A stretch of 63,230 nt of DNA, filler included, from Octopus bimaculoides (Eukaryota): NCBI RefSeq assembly GCF_001194135.2. It is 5 parts of 5 records of this genome, joined end to end, with 100 filler letters (N's around TTAATTAATTAA, not from the genome) between each part and the next. Parts side by side here need not be neighbours in the genome. Positions count along the whole stretch, not along the records: positions 1 to 23,715 come from NC_068982.1; 4 more parts are not named here. One strand, 5' to 3'. The position numbers were made by a program, and so were the translations under genes. Below are positions 1 to 13,027 of the stretch, piece by piece (position 1 is the first letter of the stretch; every line of letters starts with the position of its first letter). The notes beneath the pieces are model-generated. The model was not told where the DNA came from. It saw only the letters and a list, made by a program, of their open reading frames with translations, and made no database searches.

Positions 1-12
1 TGTGTGTGTGTG

Positions 13-55
<43 letters not shown>

Positions 56-290
56 CTATGTGTCTGTCTGTCTGTCAGTCTCTCTGTCCGTCTGTCTGCC
101 TCTCTGTCTGCCCGTCTGTCCGTTAGCCTCTCTGTCTGTGAGTCGGTTTGGATGTATGTCTGTACTTGCTTACCTCTGCTTCTTGTCTGACTGTCTGTCA
201 GCCCGCCCGTCTGTCTTTCTGGCTGTCAGCCTCTGTGCTTGCTTGCCTGCCTTGCCTGCTTGCCGGTCATTCTGTCTGTCTGTCTCTGAC
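1..290. repeat. (TG)n microsatellite grading into degenerate (TCTG)n/(CCTG)n repeats
   Basis: Directly visible; explains the CV/LS-rich ORFs at 2-398. Confidence 0.95.
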
Positions 291-715
291 GTTTTCCATC
301 AGAAACAACCACCTGGAACCATTTGCGTTAAGATCGCTTACGTGATCACCAAATACGGCGGTGTCGTGGTAGAATGGTTCCTCAGTGGTATTGGATAATG
401 ATGGCTGGGTGGGTGAAGGATGGTAGATTGTTATGCTGGCTGTAGTGGGAGGTCGGTAGTAGTTGCAAGATGGTAGTGGTGGTGCATGAGAAGTAGAGTG
501 GGGTTGGTGGTTTTAAGCGGGTAGCGAGAGTGGTACGATGGTAGTGGAAAGGTGTGGGAAGGATTGCTATGATAGAATGAGATAGTCGGCTGTTGTTGCT
601 TATGGTCAAACATGCTCCATCCGTAACCATCCTGTCTTTTTGCCTATGTAGAGAGAACCTAGAGCCATTTACACTTATCATTTTCTAAGACGGTACGGTG
701 TGATTTGAGAAAGAT

Positions 716-1026
716 TTACTCTTTACTCTTTTACTCTTTTACTTGTTTCAGTCATTTGACTGTGGCCATGCTGGAGCACCGCCTTTATAGTCGACCAAAT
801 CGACCCCAGAGCTTATTCTTTGTAAGCCTAGTACTTATTCTATCGGTCTCTTTTGCCGAACCGCTAGGTTACAGNNNNNNNNNNNNNNNNNNNNNNNNNN
901 NNNNNNNNNNNNNNNNNNNNNNNNNNNNNNNNNNNNNNNNNNNNNNNNNNNNNNNNNNNNNNNNNNNNNNNNNNNNNNNNNNNNNNNNNNNNNNNNNNNN
1001 NNNNNNNNNNNNNNNNNNNNNNNNNN

Positions 1027-1058
<32 letters not shown>

Positions 1059-1218
1059 CGACGAGCTACTTTCAGTTTCCGTCTACCAAATCCACTCATA
1101 AGGCATTGGTCGGCCCGAGGCTTATAGTAGAAGACACTTGCTCAAGGTGCCACGCAGTGAGACTGAACCCGGGACCATGTGGTTGGTAAGCAAGCTACTT
1201 ACCACACAGCCACTCCTG
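716..1218 (-). mobile_element. tRNA-derived SINE (head, body, central microsatellite/gap, 3' tail)
   Basis: Reverse complement gives head GTGGCTGTGTGGTAAG...GGTTCAGTCTC (A/B-box-like), body GGCACCTTGAGCAAGTGTCTTCTACTAT...GGATTTGGTAGACGGAAACTGAAAG and tail GGCGGTGCTCCAGCATGGCCACAGTCAAATGACTGAAACAAGTAAAAG. The same blocks recur at 53896-55012, 60255-60410 and 62707-62748. Confidence 0.85.
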
Positions 1219-1329
1219 AAATTCGGTAGTGGCGGGGTATATGACTGTCAGTGTTATTTAACTGCAGACTTAATCAAGAAGACCTGTGTTCAACGGCGTT
1301 CTAGCCATGACGATCCAGTATTACTTTGA

Positions 1330-2150
1330 GACAGACAACATCTAGTTAAGCTTTAGGTCTTGTACTACTCAGCACGTTGAGTGACAAGACCTTCTTCCAC
1401 TGGGTTTGGTCAGCTGCTACTCTTGCACATCCATGCCGCATAATGATGATTGTCTTCAGGTCATCTTAAAATGTCTGCCGACAGCTGATTTCCAGGTCAT
1501 GATTGTTTTTAAGAGCTGTCGACCGGCTAGACGACGAATGTGGTCAGCCAGGCAAAATCAAAGCTCTGCTACAATCTCTTGCAATGGTCATGACATCGCT
1601 CTTATCAGAATCCCTTCTTGTGACACAATTCTACAAGCTGACTCGTAGAATCTTCCTCAGGCACTTTTGGTGGAACATATTTAGTTTTCTATCCGACCTT
1701 ACGGTGCTCTGATATATCTCACTGGTGTACACTGCAGTTAACGGAACGATGGAGCTCATCAAATATGCCCTTTCCTTAAGACTACAGGGTCTGAGTTGCG
1801 GGAGGATTTGTCTACTGTAGATGTATTCATTAGTTGTAATGACTGCAAAATGTTAGTGGAGTGTGAACCTGAATGGTAGATTCTTATGTCAGTAATACGG
1901 TGATGTGCAAAGACAGTCCAACCGTGACCATTTCAGCTTTAGATGGTATAGTTACCGTCGACGACATTATCCGATGTGTCTTTTTATCAAAAACGGCGTG
2001 TTGCGATTTTAGAAAGGCTGGTAGCAAGCTAGACTTGATGCAGTCTCAACAATATGATGCTGACTGAAGTTGAATAGATGCTCATAATCTTCAGGAAAAG
2101 CTCTTCGCTATCACACTTCCATAGTTTGGAAAGCAGTGCTGTGTGGTCAC
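1330..2150 (-). mobile_element. Degenerate 3' fragment of an RTE-type LINE
   Basis: Manual translation of the minus strand gives SSIVPLTAVYTSEIYQ..DRKLNMFHQKCLRKILRVS and RQTF*DDLK...RVAADQTQWKK, matching the post-RT region of RTE-clade ORFs. Many stops and frameshifts. Confidence 0.6.
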
Positions 2151-2283
2151 TGACGATTCTTTAAAGGAGGACGAAACTTGTTGGCTCGATGTTCATATAA
2201 TGTAGCTGATAAAATAGAAGTATCTTTACACATGTATACCCCCCCCCCCCCCNNNNNNNNNNNNNNNNNNNNNNNNNNNNNNN

Positions 2284-2347
<64 letters not shown>

Positions 2348-2934
2348 ATTGATGCGACTTGAATTGGCTGTGGTGTTAGTTGTGAATAGTGACGAACTTA
2401 ATCCTGAATCGAATCTATTGGATGGTATCCTTGTTAATGTTTTTTATTATTTTTAAAACTCTATTTTAGTCCTAATCGTGACCAACTTGCATTTCTATCA
2501 GAAATACAGAATAACTAAGAATACAATTCCAATAGATTATGATTTGAGAAAAGATTTGACTTCTATTTCTAGCAGGTAAATCAGCTGTATAGAGACTTCC
2601 TCATTGGTTACACTACGAAGATATGCAGATTGTTTCTTAGAAATATTCGCTGTCATTACTGTTGTTGTCGTTGTCGTTGTTGTTGTTGTTTGGCCCAAGA
2701 TCAACCCTCTGCGTACGAACCTATGATCCAAGAGATTCCATCTTTGGCCAACACCCATTGTTCCTATGTGCAGAAAACCCCTATCAGATATGTCCTTTAA
2801 GACATAGTGGAGACATTGTGTGATTTGAGATAGTTTGACTATTATTTCTAGCAAATCACACTGGTGAATGGTAGTGGTAGTGGTGTTGGTGACGTTGGCG
2901 TTGGCGGTGGTGGTGCTGTTTCCAACTGAATAGC

Positions 2935-3036
2935 TATTGCTGCTGCTGCCGCTGCTGCTTTTGTTGTTGCTTAACCTCAAATCAATCGTGATCGACCTAC
3001 ACAGGATCAAAGACAGTCATCATCACCGCCGCCACT

Positions 3037-3101
<65 letters not shown>

Positions 3102-3665
3102 TATCAACACCGTCACCACCATCACCGCCATTACTATCGTAACCACACCTCCATAACACCCACCACCACCACCACAGTCACCAGCACTATCAACATCAGT
3201 ATCATCATTTTCATCAATATCATCGTCATCATCACCAGAAGAACAATAGCGTCACAAATACCATCGCTGTCACTGCCACCAAAAGAACATCAACCGTTAC
3301 TTCAAGCACCACCACCACTTCCTACCACCACCTCTACCACTACCGTCACCCACTAACAACCAATTGATTACATTCTCAGTTTCTTGCCTACATCCATGTC
3401 CTTGTTAACCTTTTTACCTCTTCTTTATCTTCTCATTTTACTTTTCCTGCTGCACCTTTCGCCTCCTCCACCTTCTCTGCCACATGATCACCACCACCAC
3501 CACCACCACCACCACCACCAGCATCATCATCATCATTATCATCGCAATAGTCATTATCATCAATCATCAAAATTTTTCTTCTCTTGCTCACCATAATCCT
3601 CGTTGTAGTCATCATCAGCTTCATCATCACCACCATCATCATCACCACCCCCACCATCATCATAT
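2935..3665. repeat. (CAT)n/(CAC)n trinucleotide microsatellite cluster
   Basis: Visible arrays; source of the poly-His/Thr/Met ORFs. Confidence 0.95.
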
Positions 3666-3769
3666 TGTCGAAGACCTTACTCCGTATCCAGTATTGTGAT
3701 TTAGATTGAAGATGTGTGTACTGGGGATTTGTGCTGTCTGTCAAGTTATAACAACAACCTCTTACAAAC

Positions 3770-5465
3770 AGCATTTTATGCAGTATGCATGCAGGTCCAA
3801 TTAATGCCGATTTGTGCAATACACCAAGGCTGTAAGGTATTTCTAAAGTGTCAAGATGTTGCTTCAGGTTGGGTGGTATTGAAACCAATGCTCTGGTGAC
3901 AACAGAAAAAAATCTTTATGCTTGACTCTTGCAACTGCCATGTTTTGGTGATCTCGATTTTCAGGTCTCCTTATTTGTCGACCTTTTCCCTTTCTTCCAT
4001 GCCATATGTTGATCTTCTAGCACTGCTACATCAATTATTAGGCACACTTTTTTCCCCTCTTAAAGGCTATGATATCTGGTCTTCAGGGCTCTAATACCTT
4101 GTCAGTCTGGAAGTCAAAAGTCCCAGAAGATTTTCGTGCTCTTGTTTTTGTCCATTATCCTTTCTGATATATATTGGTAACAACTGCCTATTATCTCATA
4201 TCCAAACTTCCAGTACAATAGCCAGTTTAGAGCTACCATGTCATGTCTGCACTTGTACTTTTTCTGCACAAGACTTTCACAAGTGCTAATGATGTGAGTC
4301 ACGCTTTCAACCTTCTTCCCAGACATTCTGCAGAAGTTCATTACACTTGTGTGGTATAAATCCCTTTTCACTGAGCAGCAATGATCAGGCTTTCAATTAT
4401 CTTTATATGGTCACCTTTGCTGAATCACATCCATGATGCTTCCTCGTCTTTTAAGTTGTTAGCTTCATGGTGGAACTGACCAAATAATTCCATGCTGAGT
4501 AGTGTTTCTTCACTCACAGAGGCTATTCATGATTGGAATTCATTAGCATTCTCAGCTCCATTATTTGTAAATACTTCTGCATTAGCAGCATGCTGTAGCA
4601 GGTCTTGTTCACTGTTTACTAAATATTCTATCAAGTTTCTTCTTTCACTGTCCATGCACTCCCATACACTTTTCAGGTCATGTCCACCCTTTCCTCTCTT
4701 CATGTACAGCCAGTGTAAATTTGCTTTAGGGTGGAGAGCACCATCCATTGTCATTGTCTTTTGGGTAGGATGATAGAGTTGGTCAATCTCTGCTCATATC
4801 CATTTCAGAATGGGTGCTCTACAGCAACAGCCCATATGTTGATGGCAGTCATGAGGTTCCTTGCATTGAGTTTTGACTTCAAGAGAAGATGAGGTGCCCC
4901 AACTCGGTAGTGACCTTGTTTTTCATTTCTCTGAGCAAGATATTGTCCTGCCCCAGAATCCCAAGGTACTTGTACCCACTATCATATAGATCTTCTTTTC
5001 ACTCTCCATTTTGCAATTCTATGCCCCTGCAATCTGCTCTATTTCTCCATTTCAAAGTGAGCATTGCACACTTTCAGATCTTGTACTCCATTCCAAAATC
5101 CTTGCTGTACATCTGTACAGTCTCAACCAGCCTCACCACTTTCAGTTTCAAAAACACTTTTAAATCCTCCATGAAAAGAAGGTGGTTGAGATGAGGTTTA
5201 TTCTTCCTTTGACTTTGCATAGAGCTACAGAAAGTGGGATCAAGGCAATAACAAATAACAAAGGTGAACAAGAATCTCCCTGGAAGATATCTCTCCTGAT
5301 TGTTATCTCAGTTAAGTGCTGGTTGTTACAGACAAGACATGTTTTCCAACTAGGCATGCTCAGCAATTCCTCACATGCCGAGTGTTTCCAGAATCCATGG
5401 ATGTGACAACATGTCATAGCCTTTTTAAAGTCTAACCAGGTCATGCATAAGTATTTTGGATGCAT
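3770..5465 (-). mobile_element. 5'-truncated R4/Dong-type non-LTR retrotransposon relic (RT + restriction-like endonuclease)
   Basis: ORF pieces IRRDIFQGDSCSPLLFVIALIPLS, LNHLLFMEDLKVF, GALHPKANLHWLYMKRGKGGHDL, CRMSGKKVESVTHIISTCESL..KYKCRHDMVA and IPPNLKQHLDTLEIP..LHKSALIGPACILHKML; frameshifted. Confidence 0.88.
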
Positions 5466-7278
5466 GTCTGTCTGTTTGTCTGTATGTGTGCATCACTAAA
5501 ACTCGAGAACTATCCTACTGATTTCATTCAAATTTTGCACATACACTACTTACAGTTCATGGAGTGTCATGGGCCCCAAATATTTTTAACTTCTTGCCTA
5601 ATGTGAGCCTGGAGTAATCTCTTAAACTGTTTTAGTATTATGTGTCAAAAGTGAAACAATAACATCTCTATTGTAATGAGATAATAGTTTCAGTTTTAAT
5701 ACTTTCACTATTAATACTTTCACTATTAATACTTTCACTATTAATACTTTTACTATTAATACTTTCACTATGTATATAATCTATATATATAATAATGTGT
5801 AACTGCATGCATTTCTACATTTTACAACCGATTTGCAACAAATTTCATACATAGGTTTCTGAAGTCCTATTACACGTCGTAGGCTATTTTATTTTTCCGT
5901 ATATCGATTGTGGGCACCCCCACCAGGGGAAGATAACCTCCTTAAGCCTCTCCCTTGGAGTCAGCAGTACTACTGCATAAAGGCCCCATAATTCCTGCAT
6001 TTTGCCTCCCATCTTCACCAAAATTAATCTTTTGTTGGCTTATGGCTTACAAATAAAGTTGCAGGCTTGCACTTGCATAGAAATTCAGGTAGGGGACTCC
6101 TTGGTGGGCAGTAAACCGATTTTGATAAATGTTGAAGTTGATATCATCAATGCAACAAAATGTCATAACTGCTTGAGTTGACATTTGGTTTTCATGAAAC
6201 GAGATGTATTGATTACCCATGGCTCACAGAAGGTGAACATGAACTTTTACTTGAACTTATCAAGGGGACCCTTGGGGTGAGGGTGGAAGTTAGCCCATTT
6301 GACTTATCTTTTGAAGTTCACATTAACACTGTATTAGTACCTGATAACTTTTGAAGTTTACATTTTATTTTAATTTTACGGGACACATTGGTTACCCATT
6401 GCTAAAAGATGATGTTGAAGATACATACTGTCTATACCTAAAACAAGCAAGGGGACTCCCAGGGGGTAGTAAGCCCTGGTGAGTCATTTATTGAATTTGG
6501 CTATTGTAATGCAGCAAAGGGTCATAGCTTCAATAATCGGTAGTCTCATAAAATGAATTTCAACTCAGTTGTTATTCATTTACTACAGACGAAGATACAG
6601 TGAAGTACATTTAGTTCCATTTCAATTCAGCAAGAGGAACCCCTCGGGGGCAATGAGCCTAAATCATTAACCCATAAAATTTCAAACTGCCACAATAAAA
6701 CAGCATCAGAACCTCGGGAGTTTATTATGGTTATTGCCTGCCATAAGATAAAGTACTGCACATTCTCTATAACTTGAATTCTGCAAGGAAACCCACTAGG
6801 GAGGGCAGTGAGCCCCTTTGGACCAATTTTAAAGTTCATATTATGGTTGCAGCAAAGCATTTTAACTCCTGGAAATAACAGTCAATTTAAACAAAAGCTG
6901 ATGCATTGGTTACTCGTGTCCTACAAATGGAGGAGCGAATTTTTAAATCCCGCTGACTAAACTTTAGTTTACTTGATTAACTTTAGGATGCTTGAATTTA
7001 ATTTTGCATCCAGTTGTCTCCCCCATGTAATTGCACCACAGTTAAGTGTGGAATGGGGAGTTAAATTTTTTTTCCTTGAGCTTTAGCATCATTTCACATT
7101 CCTAACCAAGAAAGCGCATTTAAACCCAGGTGTAAATTTTAATGCCTACTGTATGTGGATTGTGCTATTTCACAATCATGCCTAAACTGTGCGAATGATT
7201 GATTAGTTTTTGCACTTGGCTGTCTCCCCCATTTAATTGCATCTCAATTAAGTGTGAAATGGTGACCTCTGGCTAATC
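5466..7278 (+). mobile_element. Probable non-autonomous Helitron/Helentron-associated (HINE/DINE-1-like) element with internal ~180-bp repeats
   Basis: Starts with a (TGTC)n tract then CTCGAGAACTATCCTACTGATTTCATTCAAATTTTGCAC, resembling DINE-1-like 5' cores. Contains internal diverged repeats and ends near GGTGACCTCTGGCTAAT (CTRR-like). No ORF. Confidence 0.5.
5697..5771. repeat. 15-bp tandem repeat (TAATACTTTCACTAT) x5
   Basis: Five consecutive units, one with a single substitution. Confidence 0.95.
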
Positions 7279-8658
7279 ACACATCAGTGAGTTGTGTTCG
7301 ACAGATTTCACCACACTTATTTGTATTATTTAACCAATCAAACAACTCGAGTGTTGTTCATTAAGTGAAATCACTCCTATTTATATCGATCAAGAATAAA
7401 CCTAGGATCACACTTCATTTTTGGCTTTTGACAAGTGGTAGGTTTTTTTCTACTTGCATACTCTCATAAGCTACCCCATGTTTCTGAAATGTATGCTTCT
7501 TCAACATTGTCACCTTAATGAGGTTTATTTAATGTGTTTATGGTCTATGACCATAGTTTATCATGCTGTGATTTTTCAGACCTTTTTGCTTCTACCCTTT
7601 CAATAGTTAGTATTTACTAATTGCTATTGTTACGAAAGCGGAAAAAATATATTGATTTTGCATTCGCGTGATGCAAATATCACTCACTGTCTTTTAAAAG
7701 AAAAAAAGAAATGGAATAGAAGGTAAAAAAAAACGAAGTCTCCTTTAAAAGAAAGAAAAAGAAAAATCGAACAGTCCGTGTTGTCAGACGGAGAAAGAGA
7801 AAAAAGCCTTTAAAAAGAGAAATTAGACAGTAGAAGAGAAGGACAAAAAGGATGGCTGTGGAATTAGGTTGGTAAGAAAGACAGAGGTCAGCTGTTGAGT
7901 GGACAGGAAAAAGAACGGTGTTGCAGAACGGTGTTGTGTTGTCATGGAGTTGGGACAGTTGTCGAGTAGGCTTAAGGAAATGGTGAGCTGGCAGGAAGAC
8001 AGGAAAAGAGTTCAGTTGTCGAGCAGACAAAATAGTTTGGTTGTTGAGTAGGTAAAAGAGGTCAGACGAAGAATGGTCATCATGTAGGTGTTGTGAGATC
8101 ATATTGTGTTGTGTTGAGATCAACAAAAGACTGTGAATCGGTAGTTGCATCATGGAGATGTTCGTGTTGTGAATTTATCAAAAAAATTGAATTTGACGAG
8201 ATGCAATGGTTTAGAATTGTTGTTGATGACTTTTCTGGTTTCTCGATACTGCTTTTACCATTTCTGTGGTGGTAATAGACTTGCTGAGCAGGTTGCCACA
8301 CATGGTATCATGGAGGGCCATGCGTTTGTGTGGTTCGTAACACTATGTTCAAAATGAACAAACATACTGACATTTACATACCTACCACTGTAGCTACAGT
8401 ATTTAATTTCCTTTATCACAGGTAGTCCATACGCTGTGTTGCCCCTAACTTAAAATCTGAGTTTTGATTGGTACACAAAATCTTGCAAAACATACTCACT
8501 TTCTCAGACCACATAGATTTCTTACACTTTTCACAATTTATATCCTTGTTTAGATTTTCTTACTTAAACATTATTTGTCCACATTCTATCGTTCTCCCTG
8601 GTTAGTTCTCTAAAATCAATGCCTTCCAAGAAAAGAACTTTCATTGGTCACCAAGTTT

Positions 8659-8950
8659 AAATTGTTACCATTGGATTGATCTTTACTGGCAGCACTGCCG
8701 CTGAGATAATTCAAAGTCAATGTTAAAAGGTCCTCTTCAGGGCCACAAACTATAAATTGTTATCACTGGATTTGTCTTTGCTGGCAGCACAGCCGCTGAG
8801 ACTTTTAAGAGTGAACGATCCAAGGCCCTCTTCAGGGCCAGCAAGATTAAATTGTTACCATCAGATTCATCTTTACTGGCAGCACCGCTGCAGATATATT
8901 TCATAGTGAATGTTCTCTTTAGGCTCAGCACCTGTAAATTGTTACTTCTA
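8659..8950. repeat. Diverged 95-bp tandem repeat, about 3 copies
   Basis: AAATTGTTA anchors at 8659, 8754, 8849 and 8936; shared CTGGCAGCAC and CTCTTCAGGGCC blocks. Confidence 0.85.
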
Positions 8951-9194
8951 TAGTTCTGTTTGACGGAAGTCTTTCGGGTCATTTCAACAAATACTCCAGT
9001 GAGAGTTATACTGGGAAATGCCAGGTACCTCTGGTAGTATATACATAGTGAAACTATTATCTCATATTACAAATATACATGCATAGATATATATTTAAAA
9101 ACATATACATGTATTTCAAAATGTAACCACATGTGGATCGTTGGTGATTTTTTTCCTCCATCTTCCTTTTCTCTTCGACTTATCTCCATCTCCT

Positions 9195-9229
9195 GTTTCT
9201 GATGAAGAGCTTTGCTGAAAACGTAAAAC
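9195..9229 (+). ncRNA. Degenerate minimal type I hammerhead motif (PLE pseudo-LTR type)
   Basis: GTTT-CTGATGA-A-GAGC-TTT-GCT-GAAAA-CGT-A-AAAC; the stem II/GAAA junction is mutated. Confidence 0.55.
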
Positions 9230-10046
9230 TACATTTCTTTCTTCACCTGAGTCGTCTGCTAATACTTTGCATGTACCACAACCTTGTGCTGTTGTTTTTC
9301 TTCATTTTTTGGGATTAACTATATATATATATGGGTGTGTGTGTATATATGTATCTATGGATATATATATACACACACACACATACATACTTACATACAT
9401 ACATGTATACATACACATATACATACATACACACATGTACACACACACACACACATACCTACCTATGTAACTACTACCTANNNNNNNNNNNNNNNNNNNN
9501 NNNNNNNNNNNNNNNNNNNNNNNNNNNNNNNNNNNNNNNNNNNNNNNNNNNNNNNNNNNNNNNNNNNNNNNNNNNNNNNNTATATATATATATATATCAT
9601 ATATATGCACTCATACACATACGCAAGGGGGCTCTCACATATATGTGGTGGGGCATGCGTATGTGTGTACATTTGTATATATGCATGTGTATGCATATAT
9701 ATGTATGTCTGTGTGTATATATTTTTTGCATGTATATATGCATATATGATTATATATGAGTATATGGGGTGTAAGAGTTTGAAGGGAGTGCGACTACAGA
9801 TGTCGCCACGATGCGCTATACATCAGTAAGAATGTGTTTCATGTAAATGCACGCGCGCGCACACACTCTCACTTACACAAGAACGAACACGTACACATAC
9901 ACACATAGTCACGCACACACGCGTCTGTACTCGTGTACAGACACACCAGGACAATTAAAACGCACTGCAGTTACCTGGACTCGATAAAGGTATGCATGCA
10001 TATACTACGCTTCTTCATACATATATACACATGCATACCTACGTAT

Positions 10047-10079
<33 letters not shown>

Positions 10080-10455
10080 CGTACGTACGTACGTACATAC
10101 ATACATACATGCATAAATACATTCATAAATACATACATAAATACATAAATACATACATAAATACATCCATACATAAAATCATACATACACACATATACAC
10201 ATACAAACATACATACATACATACATACATACATAAACACATACTACATACACACACACATGCAAACATACATAGCTGTTAAAGGCATATAAATTTGCAT
10301 AGTTTGTGTATGCACCATCGTATACTAGATACCGTGTACGAAGAAATACTTATACATCTATCTATCTGTTCGTCTGTCTATAGCGTTCTCTCGCCTCCTC
10401 TCCCTTTACACACCTACGCACACACGTGTGTATGTATATTTGTATGCATATATGT

Positions 10456-10495
<40 letters not shown>

Positions 10496-10999
10496 TGAAA
10501 AACGGAAGATGGAATATACGAAAATGTATTATTAATCACGACAATCGTTTCGACACATCTAGTATCGATTCCTCTTGTGTGGGACACTCAACAACTTGTT
10601 CAGGAGCATCCGGTGTGGCAGATGTATCTCTTCGGGGGATATATAAATACAACTCGTTGAATTGACAGTTCTGCAATGTAACTTTCCGTTTTGTAGAGAG
10701 AAAAGCATCCAGACGAACGAAATGTCGTCATTTATACTGAAGATCAATAATAAAGTCACAGATGGCAAAAAGTGAAACGAACACGCAACCCATCGAGAAA
10801 AGTATTAACAATAACCGTTAAAAGATATGGATGTATAAACTCCCTCGGGAAAAAATGTGAGCATACGCACACGTGAGGTTTGGTGCACTCACGATCATAA
10901 AGTGAGTTAGTTATCTACTTGGTGTTTCTATGAATAGGGAGGTTAAAAGCAAACTTAAGTCATCCATACCTTAAAGTAAATTAAATTAAGTTAGTGGTT

Positions 11000-13020
11000 A
11001 CTCAAAATTCATTCTCACTGCATTGTGCGAAAGTATATTTATATGCGTTTAGGCATCTTGAGAGTCGTTCAGAAATTCTATTAATTTTCTCGTTAGTCCA
11101 CAGAATAGAAAGGGATTCCTCGGAGAAGTGACGGCATCTCCTGGAAATTATATTGCATGGTTTCGCGTACCTTACTATGGACCAATTAATGATATACTTC
11201 ATTTTATCCTTCTTCAGTCGCCATACAAAATTCGCAAAAGATGTTCAATGTCTCTTATTGATTGTTTTAAAGCTGGCAACATGGTTATAATAACGATTTT
11301 TAAATGAATCCGCCGTCTGCTCACTGTAAACATAGCCCACCTCCCTTGTGTGCACGGTACATTTATATACGAGATTTATACTCATACAGAAATTCATCAA
11401 AGGACATTTTGATATTTCTCTGCATGAGCATTTAACGTATTTATTTGTATATAAGGCGGTCCCAACTTCATTTACCGGCGTTGTTACCGTGCTAGCTGTA
11501 TCATAAGTATTTCTACTACTACAAATTAGTTGTAGTTGGTGTTTATCAATGCGGTTTATATCTCCTTGGTTGGCATTTAGATGCAAATGTTTGCTAGATC
11601 TAGTAGTTGGGTTATTGAACTTTTGCCCCATTGTGCTATTGTTTACACGATGCATATGCTGCGCTAAATTAGCAGAGTTGGCGTAGGATACCTTCATGGT
11701 GTGTCGATTAAAAATAGCATGAAACCGATTAGATTTAGGAAAACATTTGTCCAAAGTAGAAAAAATTTTCCAGCGGTCTTGGTTGAAACATGCAAACCGA
11801 AAATTGGGTTGAACCAGAGGACATCTTGAATCCTATATCTGTTGTTAGGCTTATTTGATCGAGTGTGCTGTACAGGATTGGAACAAGCAGTGGAACTATT
11901 ATGTCGCGTGTGTCTGTGAGCTTTCGTTGGTGGTTCATTGATATGACCAATTCTTTCTAGTATTCTTTATCTGAGTGAATTGCCAAACCGTAACGTTGTA
12001 GTGGTATACAATGTGCATCACAGCTAGAGGAATTACCAGTGTTCTGTTTCTTGTATATATTGAATTTTTTCACGGTATCCAGCCCTAGCTAGACCAGCAT
12101 TATAATTAGTTGCATGAGATACAAAAAATATATTATTTGCAGATAACCTAGAAATTCTTGTAGAAATATTCTTAACTAGAACCCGTATAATCGAGGGTGG
12201 ATGGTTGGATGCTACGTTAATGTACGATCATTTGGCTTATGAAACGGTTCAAATAATTCAGTATCAAGACAGAAGGTAGCGTCAAGAAAATTTACTCTAC
12301 GATAATCCTTACCTATAGTAATGCTTAGTCCTAAATTTTTGAAAAGTCTAAAGAAATTTTTCCTATGCCTTTCTAACTGTACTTTACTACTTCTCTCTAG
12401 AAAAAAATAAGGCGTCATCCCTATATAGAGTCCCTGTTGCTTCCGAAAAGGAAGACTGGATTAATGAAAGGATATATATTCTGACTAGGTCACTGGCCTG
12501 AGCAGAATCATATGAGCCATTGCTATATCAAATGCATTCTCTCTATCTAACCTACTTTATAATCTACCATCAAAATCTACTAGAGTGGCTCACGCGGCAA
12601 GAATAATATCTATTTCACGTCAGGACAAATCGGAATTTTTCATGCTAAAAATCCGGGCTTGATTAAGAACGATCGGATTGATAGTGGCATAGAAGCTCTC
12701 TCGATCCAGTTGTAAGAATTTACTATTCTTATTAATTTCTAGAATCTTGAACCATCCAACCACCTCTTGGGTATTAGACCAGATGGCTAATCTAATTTTA
12801 GACATAAGGACGGGTATTACCCTATCAATGATTTTTTTTAGTAATAATGCCTACATCGAATTTAGAAGGACAAATCAATCTAACTGAGGGGTCAATAAGA
12901 AAGTTAGGTTTATGGCCCTTAAGCATAATCCGTGGTTTTCGAGGGACGTAGAGTTCGGTTCTATCATCTATGGCTAGATCTCTGACGATTTGTAGCCCTG
13001 TATTGTTTATTCTTTTTAAT
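11000..13020 (-). mobile_element. Penelope-like element relic (RT + Cys-rich linker + GIY-YIG), tentatively Naiad-type
   Basis: WSNTQEVVGWFK..KFLQLDRESFYATI, LGLSITIGKDYRRVNFLDATFCL..FHKPND, IFNRHTMKVSY, CSCREISKCPLMNFC, VYKCTV...DSFKNRYYNH and VWRLK...INWSI; frameshifts between blocks. Confidence 0.88.
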
Positions 13021-13027
13021 ATATATA

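Noticed and set aside
303-398. Plus-strand exon after CTGAC...TTTTCCATCAG (KQPPGTICVKIAYVITKYGG...)
   Set aside because: Acceptor only, created next to a repeat; no clear donor, partner exon or homology.
10535-10585. Partial hammerhead on the minus strand (GATAC/GTGTC stem, GAAAC-GATT-GTC)
   Set aside because: No recognisable CUGANGA upstream.
10860-11247. Selenocysteine hypothesis: single in-frame TGA at 11245-11247 in the GIY-YIG region and an ATGA-13nt-AAA motif downstream
   Set aside because: The TGA is not at a Cys-equivalent position, the helix is only 6 bp and lacks the 3' GA of the SECIS quartet, and the element is frameshifted elsewhere.
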